Shown here piece by piece: positions 55,357-64,000 of a stretch of DNA of 64,000 nt. How positions within the stretch are numbered: position 1 is the stretch's first letter; every line of letters begins with the position of its first letter. Location: positions 10,478,001 to 10,542,000 of the forward strand of contig CM022669.1 of NCBI GenBank assembly GCA_012295275.1. The letters are read 5' to 3'. The position numbers and the translations under genes were made by a program. The notes under the pieces were generated by a model, which saw nothing but the letters and a program-made list of their open reading frames with translations, made no database searches and had not been told where the DNA came from. Source of the stretch: Chrysomallon squamiferum (taxonomy: Eukaryota > Animalia > Mollusca).

Positions 55357-56689
55357 GTGAACGGTGAAACGAAAACTTTATTTCAGACAATAAATCACAA
55401 TGAAAAAAAAAACTTCACGGTAACAGAGATGTTTAAAAAAAAAAAATTCAAAGTGAATTATTTTAACTTTTTAACACGATTACATAGAACAGTTTCGCTT
55501 GAATTATAGATATATATGTATATAGTGATTCTTAAGCTTTATCGTATGGATTTAATTCATTTAAAAACCACGAATAATGAGAACATTTGTAATTATGAGG
55601 GTGGATTCAGGATTTCAGGAAACAGGGATCGTTACTGTGCTACATATAATTTTTCGAGTTTAAATTAGTTTTATTTTAAAGAAAACAATCATCGAGATCA
55701 GCTTGTGAAAACTGGTTGACTGCACAACACACGCATTTACGCACGACGTACTCTAGTTTACTATAAACGCATTTTTCATCTAACCCGAGTTCCATTTCTA
55801 TAACCCGACCAAAATACTGAATCATGAAAAAATTAAAATTCACGTCTCTGTAAGCTATACTATCTCATTCGTCCATTTGCAACATGATTTGTGTTTGTGT
55901 ACATATGTAAATAAATGAATTTATTTTTGTTGATCCTGTACATTCAATTTTATATCACATTTTTGCCATTTTTGCTCAATTCATGTTAGTAGGATATATA
56001 TATATATATATATTCGTCGTCATCATAAAAATCATCAACAATATTATATACTACTACAATTAAAAACATTATCATGTTTATATATAATTAAAATTATTCT
56101 ATATTCCTGCTCTCAAAATGTATACATTCTGACGCGGCCAAACTACCATAGCGTTTATCACAAAGTAAATTATTTTAAATTGCTCATCGTTTAAAACGCG
56201 TAGACAGTCTTAATATATTATGTGTTTCCATATTTGTATTTTGTTCTGACGGTAAATCTTTGCTAACAACAAAGGATGCAAATAAAATAGTGCTACTTAT
56301 ACACATCTGAGCACTACCTTTATGCTATAGTCTGACGTCATCACGAGTAGGCGAAGAACATTCTTTTCTGTAAAAGAACTCTTCTTTATTTGTTCTTCTT
56401 TCGTGTACGCGTGCGTGTACGTGTGTGTGTGTGTGTATATAACAACAATGGTGTAATTTTTTAAATACATACTGCAACGCAAACTACTTGAGAACTATCA
56501 TGACGGGAAGATTTTAAAGTAATTTAACTTGTCCGAGGTTTTACTCCTATTGTGAGTTTGTTGTATCATAAAATAAAATAAATTAATTTCATATTAATAA
56601 AACTATTCTTTACATATAATACTATTTATACGTTAATGAAGCCACTAAAATGGTTGAGATGTTTTAAATCACACACTCCAGCGACATAG

Positions 56690-56746
<57 letters not shown>

Positions 56747-58108
56747 GCACTATATATTTTACTTCGTATTATTTTATATATATGTATTTGTTGCATGCTA
56801 TAACTTATATTTTCTATTCTGTTATTTATGTGTCTGTGTTTATATATATATACATGTCGGTTGTTCCCAGCAGACAACGAATTTTTTTCACTGAAAGGAT
56901 AATATAGATTTGTAAATTTTTTGTATGTGTCTGTTAATATTTTCATTATTTGCCTAATTATTATCATTATTATTAAAAATAAAATAACATGACCTGAAAT
57001 TATAGCATACTATTATATTACTCTTTACTTTCCTATCTGAACAAAAGTAATAATGTTATTACGTCATGAATATTATGACGTCATCTTAATATAGCATTTG
57101 ATTTTTGTTTGTTTTTCTTATAAAAGAACCATACCTCTACCATAAAAATTTATAAACACCAAAATATTATTAACTGTTTGATCTAAAATAAATTAAATAT
57201 AATAAAATGTGCAACAAGTACATATAATAATAGTAATAATAATGTGGGTTTTTTGGGGTGTTTTTTTTTTTTTTGTTTTGTTTTTTATAAACTATAAAGT
57301 AAGGAGTATTATTAATCTACATACCAACACCTAAATGAATTAACTTGTTATTTTTGTAAACTGATAATATTAAATTTGTTTATTCATTTGTTTGTTTTGT
57401 TTGTTTATGTTACATACAATATGGTGAACGTGTCTTAAATTTATGTTACTGAACAATAAATTTCAAACTATTAAATATTGTTGTGCTGTTTATATATATG
57501 ACTTTCAAACTGAACACAAATCAAACACCAGGGGAGAGAATAAAAGATCAAACAAATGAAATTAAATTTTAAACGTATCTAAAACGTCAAAATATTATTA
57601 CAAGAACATTCAAAGCTTCAAGATCCTGAAACCATTTTGCTCTTATTAAAAGGAGAAGGAAAAAAGAAAGAAAGAAAGAAAAAATAATTAAATAAAGATG
57701 GAAAATGAAAGAAACAAAGAAAACAAAAGACTGAAAAAAGAAAATACTATTTCCGTGTGAAAATTAAAACATATTTTATTATTTTTTAGTTGTGTAAAAA
57801 CAGCCATTTCGGTCATTAACTTTTCAATGCTATCATCTTTAAAGCAGATTGTGATTATTAAAAAAATGAGTAATTCCATAGTTGTCGGTTAGTGCCTCTT
57901 GTAATCGAAATTAAACGAACGCTGTTATATACATGTGTATACGAGTGTGTGTGTGTGTGTGTGTTTGTGTGTGCGTGGGAGAGAGAGAAAAAGAGACAGA
58001 CAGACAGAGGAAAAATGTGTTTATGTTATGAATACGACATTGTAACAATGAAGCTCTAATTAATCTTACATAATATGGAATTGAAAAAAAAAAAAAAAAA
58101 AACAAAAC

Positions 58109-58163
<55 letters not shown>

Positions 58164-58573
58164 TACACATACATATTAGTAATTCTTGTTTATTAACATA
58201 TCACCATGACTACCTGACCGTACATTAAAGTTGATGATGTTAAATCGAAACCAAGATTAACTTAATACCCTAAGATTTATAATCAGAACTTCTTTACAGT
58301 AATAATTAGGAAAGTTAACTTATTGCTTGAAAGACAGAAGATTTTCATTAATTTGTTACTAATACAGATTTATCTCACAAACTCCCGTTCAGGATGTACT
58401 AATAATGCGTCAGTGTATAAAAATAATAAATTTAATCGAATCATAATGAAATTATAGTAGAAAGAAACGGAACGAATAGATCGAAATAGGCATAGAGTGG
58501 GTTAGTGAGAGATAGAGAGAGAGAATGAGAAAGAGAGCGAGCGAGAGAGAAAGAGAGAATGAGAGAGAGCGAG

Positions 58574-58647
<74 letters not shown>

Positions 58648-58952
58648 ATTAGTTTTCTATTAACAAAACAAATATATTCAAAAGACCTGGAAAATGTACA
58701 GATAAAAAGAGTAGGAAAAAAACCCCGAAAAAAAACCCCAACGGTTTCATCTAAAATATTGTGTATGTGTGTGTGAGTGTGTGTGTGTGTGAGTGTCTAA
58801 ACGCATATCTGTATGTATGACATTCTATCGATCAGGAGATTATTGAAGCCACCCATACAATGTTACCATATTGATTTTAAATTTATAACTTTTTTTTTTT
58901 TTAACAAAGCTAACTTAAACAGTTAATTATTTACATAGCATACTTTCTCACT

Positions 58953-59177
58953 CAGATTGTCCACCAAACCCATTATTGTCATTCGTTTTTGTTCGTTAAA
59001 ATCCTTCAAAAGTGGCTTTAATAATAACGTCTAACAACTGACAACATTTTAGATTTACAAGCAAATCAAACCATACACTCTGATTGATTATAATCATTAA
59101 AAATAAAATGTATTTCTTTTGATAACAGAAGAATCAATATAATATAATAAGAATGATAATAACTGAACATAACATTG

Positions 59178-59182
<5 letters not shown>
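58953..59182 (+). repeat. Dispersed repeat family A, copy 2 (followed by (GA)n)
   Basis: Co-linear match to 24192-24414 with scattered substitutions and one small indel. Confidence 0.92.
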
Positions 59183-59243
<61 letters not shown>

Positions 59244-59684
59244 GATAATTAATATAAAGACGCAGAATAATGACGTTTACTAATCTTTTCTTATGAATTT
59301 AATCTAAGTATTTCCGCAACAGATTATCTAATATTGAAGAATCCTCTGAAAACAACCAGATGAAATTTTTAATCACGAAGGGAAATAACCCGCTACGGAT
59401 TACTGCAAAAATTATTAGTAGTTGATTTCCCCTGGCAGAAAACGAAAGTATTCAGGTTTTATTAAAAAAAAAAAAAAAAAAAAAGGAAAGAAAGAAGAAG
59501 AAGAAAAGTTAAACAGTGTGATACACGCATCAGTTGTAACGAGTTAACAACCATATTAAAATGAGAGACGAAAGCTGTCGCCACCATGCAGAGATACAAT
59601 TTATTATTATTATTATCAATACTGACAATAGTATAAATATTTTTGTCTATATGTTAACACAGTTATACAACAAAAAAGAACGAC

Positions 59685-59715
<31 letters not shown>

Positions 59716-60083
59716 AAAAAAAAAAAACAGAAAGTGTCAAATAGAAGTATTTATAGTATATTTTTGGAGATACCATGGATTAGTTGGGTTTTTTTAAGCC
59801 CATTCGGCCATTGATTTATCATTAATCTTATGATTAGGCTAATCGGCACACGGCGAACAGAACCTTTTTAAAATTAGGTTACCATTTCTACTTTAATTTT
59901 CATGGACACTGGAACAGAAAAAGATTTTCAGTTGTTTAATAAAAAGAAAGCATTCAGACGAAACGTACTAGCGCAGCAGAAAAGCATACTTGTTCACTTG
60001 ATCAAGGAACAGTCAATAATACCTGTTAAATTATTAACCAATGAAAATGAGCTTTTCCCCATCTGCGGTGCTGCAGCTCAAGT

Positions 60084-61511
60084 ATGGCTGACTATAACAA
60101 GTTTGCGAATGATTTGTCAGAGGTGTGTGGAGCTGCCGAGTGCACAGACGATTTCGACCCACTGTCGGGAGACATAGAATGTGTAGAAGAACAGATAGAG
60201 GACCAATTAAAAGCCCCCGATGAAAATCTGTAAGTAATATTTCTGTTTTATATTTTATTTTATTATCTATAAACGAGGAGTGTTTCTTCCAGTTCTGAGT
60301 TCCAGGAAAGAAAAAGTTCGAACTTCAGAACTTGAGTAAATCCATGCATTGTCCTGTGTGTTTGTTATTTTGGTCCATAGAATTTTAAATATCCAATCGG
60401 CTCGAATTCGTCTCTGAAACTTGCAATATTGTGTAAAAATTAAAATATTTTACTAATTAGATCTAAGCAGTGTTTATTCAGTTTAAATGGTTCCACATTC
60501 ATTAGTATGCTACTCAGCCACTGTTGTCTAGTTGCAGTATGCTACACGCAGATAATACTTGTTCCAAATTAACTTGTCCTATTAGATAAATTGATTACCT
60601 CTCAGACTTAAAACAATTATTATCTTCAGTAATAATATTTATTTAAACAGGAATTTGCACTAACTGTTCTTTTATAATTATTTAATGTTTGAAATTAAAA
60701 AATGTATGCAGGTCCACACAAACACATACAAAAGAAATCGGGCACCAAATAATTTATAACTGAACTTCATTAGGCATTTTAACTGTAATTTCTTGCATTA
60801 TACATCCTGAATAATATTTAAATAATATTAATAATAAATAAATAATTAACAGCTCCAATATACATATAAATGAAACTGAAAAAAGAAGAAAAGTAACCAA
60901 GTTTCTGATTATACTATTCACTATATCATGTGTATGTATCTCATACTAACATGATTACATATATTAACATAGTTCATAGATTCCCAGAGTATATGTATTG
61001 TTTTATGTTTATTTAAACATTCAGCATTTCCAAGCAAAAATTATTTAGTTAAACCAAATCAGTATGAACAGAGCTAATGGACATCATTCATAACTAAACA
61101 GGAAGTGATTATATTGGTATTAGTATGTTCATATATATATATATTTATATTATAACATAAAAAACACTTGAATAACAGCTATTAACAGAGGTAATAGTCA
61201 CAAGTATTAAATACATATTTAGTTATCATTAACACTGGAAATTAGGAAACTTTAGAAAATTAATAAAATGACAGTTACACATTATAATAGAAAGTGCTGC
61301 TTGAAGTTTATACTACCTGAGTCTGTTTTGAAAACTGTCAAAAGAAATCACTTAAATAAATGCAATGCATTGTGTGTTGTGAAGTGAACTCTATGCAGAT
61401 ATCAGTTTTATACATACAAGACAGTTCTTAAAAGTACTGATTGATTATGATAATAATATTTTAATCATCAGATTATGTGCATTTAATACAAAAGCAAAAA
61501 ATAATAAATTT

Positions 61512-61604
<93 letters not shown>

Positions 61605-63606
61605 ATAGGACTCATAATTTAAAAAAATAAATAAATATTAAATAAACAAAAAATGGGTAAATAAATCAGAAAATAATTGAAGGTAAATAACATGAATAAA
61701 ATGTAAAGTTCATAAATATATATATTTTGACTTGGCAAAAGTAGTTGAAATATTGATAAATTCTGCATTATGAGAATAGGACATTTATTGCTGGATTAAG
61801 ATGATAGTAATAACTGTAATTTCATATGTATTGATAATAATGTTTCTGTTATATTCTTTGTAACATGCAGCAAACAAGTGACTGATTACAGATTGTAAGT
61901 AATCTCTAAATGTTGTATTTATTTGATTTTGTTTCTTTTTGGTTATTTGTTTAAATAAATAAAAATTCAATTCCTTCTCTTTTTGTAATGTTATTACTTA
62001 TCCCTTTCATCATTTTAAGTTATGAGATCAGATTAAGTAAATGTTTAATAATGTTACAGTATATTTGTTTTTGTTTAATGTGATTGTCAATATTTTATTT
62101 ATTTTGTATTTTTTCTGTTTATTTGAGCTGATGTAAAAATGAATTATAGAATTCATGAATCTTTATTGTTTTCTTTTTTTAATTGTTGTGTTGCATGGAA
62201 ATTTGTATAAAAAGATGTTTCTGTGAGAGAAATATTTTTTTAATAAATATTCACCAAAGTTTATTTATTTTTGTATGCTCATATAAGAATCAGAATTATT
62301 TTTGTTTATTTTCTGTTTTTGAAGTCTGCAAATCAGAAAACATTAATGACAGTTAAAATTCCAGTATATCAAACATTAAAAAACATAACAAACAAAACCT
62401 TCTAAAAACAAATAACTGTTACAGATTTTGAGGTCACAAAATATAGCATATCTGGCTAAAATAAAATCAACTGCAAAAACATAATGGAATTTCCTAACTT
62501 TGAATTTAATTTTAGTATAAATATAACAATACATTGATCTGCAAACCAAATATTATCGTTCAGTATATGTATTTAAATTTAGCATAAATCTCTTGACATT
62601 GACATCCATATATTTTAAATCTATTAATGCTTGTCAATATATTCTGGTTACAGAAGTTATAATGTTACAGTGTAGGCGTATATGTATGGATATATATCAC
62701 TACCACAATACATAATAATATTTTTTTGTACATAGTAATATTAAAAAAATATTTTATTTATGGCAAATGTGTTCAGGTTTCTAATTTCATCAGTTGACAT
62801 ATGATTGTTATACTAGTGTAAGTTATAGATTATAAATATTTATATGTACTTACAATTTTTGCTGACTTGTAAATGTGTACATGAAGTGGAAACATCCCAT
62901 TTCTCTTTTTTTTTTTTTTTTTTTTTTCTAATTTTATAAGCTACTATGCATGTTATGGTATATAAATATTTAATTTTTGCCAATTCAGCACATTTCTGTT
63001 TTTAAAATTGCATTTAATTTTGTGCTTTATTTTAATCATTAATGTTTATATTTAAAGTAGGGACATAAATACTTTTATTTCATTATTTATTTATTTTTTA
63101 AAGTTTTATTTCATAATAATGTCAGTAAATTTAAGTAAATAATAAACATTTTATTAATAGATGCTGTTTGTAAAATAAATTTCAAAATGCAATAATCTGC
63201 TGTACCTATTAAAAAACAAATCAATTTCAGTTTATTAGAATTATTTAATACTCAATTTCAGTTACCAATATTAATATCAAAGTAGATAGAAAATATTTTA
63301 TGACTGTGTATATTTAGTAATATACTCTTTCAAAGTTACTATGCTGTGTATCTTTTTTATTGACCAGAACGTAAAGTTATTAACATGTAGTTTACTGTTC
63401 ACTTATTATTTATTCATTCATTGACTATTCATTTATTTATATATTCATGTCAGCTGGTATCATGGACGGTTGGACAGACAGACAGCAGAAGAGAGGTTAT
63501 TGGCTGCTGATCATGAAAGTAGTTACCTGGTTCGGGAGAGTGACCGTAAACCAGGATCGTTTGTTTTGTCATACCTGGGCAAGTCATCACAACTGACACA
63601 TTTCAG
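60084..63606 (+). CDS. RASA1: Ras GTPase-activating protein 1 (p120 RasGAP / vap), first two coding exons; gene continues beyond the window
   Basis: Exon 60084-60229 (MADYNKFANDLSEVCGAAECTDDFDPLSGDIECVEEQIEDQLKAPDEN, donor GTAAGT, phase 2) joins exon 63454-63606, WYHGRLDRQTAEERLLAADHESSYLVRESDRKPGSFVLSYLGKSSQLTHFR (donor GTAAAT). This matches the recalled RASA1 N-terminal SH2 domain (APPTNQWYHGKLDRTIAEERL...SYLIRESDRRPGSFVLSF...VNHFR). Neither reading frame appears in the ORF track. Confidence 0.92.
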
Positions 63607-63714
63607 GTAAATATGCAGGTGTGAGACAAAAATAATGTCTTTTTATTAAGTTATAAATGTAAAATTACAGTATCTGTTAAAAAAGTGATGATGCCAAAAA
63701 TTACATTTATTACT

Positions 63715-63745
<31 letters not shown>

Positions 63746-64000
63746 TATGACTATGTCTATACTGTATGATTATTTACAATTGAATATTAATTAATTATGA
63801 AAGTTTTTCTGTATCACAGATCTAATGATTAAAACTGATTTTGCTTTCACTGTGAATTTGAAACAATATGCTTTACCATCCCAGTAATTTATTAATATTA
63901 ACTTTGTCCTTAGAACACACACACACACAGTTTGCTTATCGTGACTTGATCCTATTGAGCAACTGGCAGTTTTAATTTATTCTTACATGTGATTAATTTA

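Overview
Eukaryotic (animal) genomic DNA, very AT-rich and saturated with microsatellites ((TAA)n, (CA)n, (GA)n, (TATG)n, (TAGA)n). This texture suggests a mollusc, most likely an octopod cephalopod (inference only). Most ORFs in the supplied track are microsatellite translations. Four spliced + strand genes can be rebuilt by hand with GT-AG introns and consistent phase: a complete 9-exon HAUS1/augmin subunit 1 (5693-10364, 287 aa), a 2-exon KCTD7/14-like BTB protein (11355-13292, 260 aa), a class A neuropeptide-type GPCR with two coding exons (52559-54963, 352 aa), and the first two coding exons of RASA1/p120 RasGAP (from 60084, running off the window). The ~39 kb between KCTD7 and the GPCR holds a truncated Tigger/pogo DNA transposon, a heavily decayed RTE-like LINE, several minisatellites and dispersed repeats, and CpG-rich promoter-like islands. 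I found no unambiguous novel system. The best leads are a GPCR lacking the NPxxY tyrosine, a surplus of perfect CRE palindromes that recur in a CRE-TCAGT-short exon-donor layout, a tandemly multiplied HAUS1 splice donor, and out-of-frame ORFs overlapping the KCTD7 and RASA1 starts. All homology calls are from recalled sequences, not database searches.
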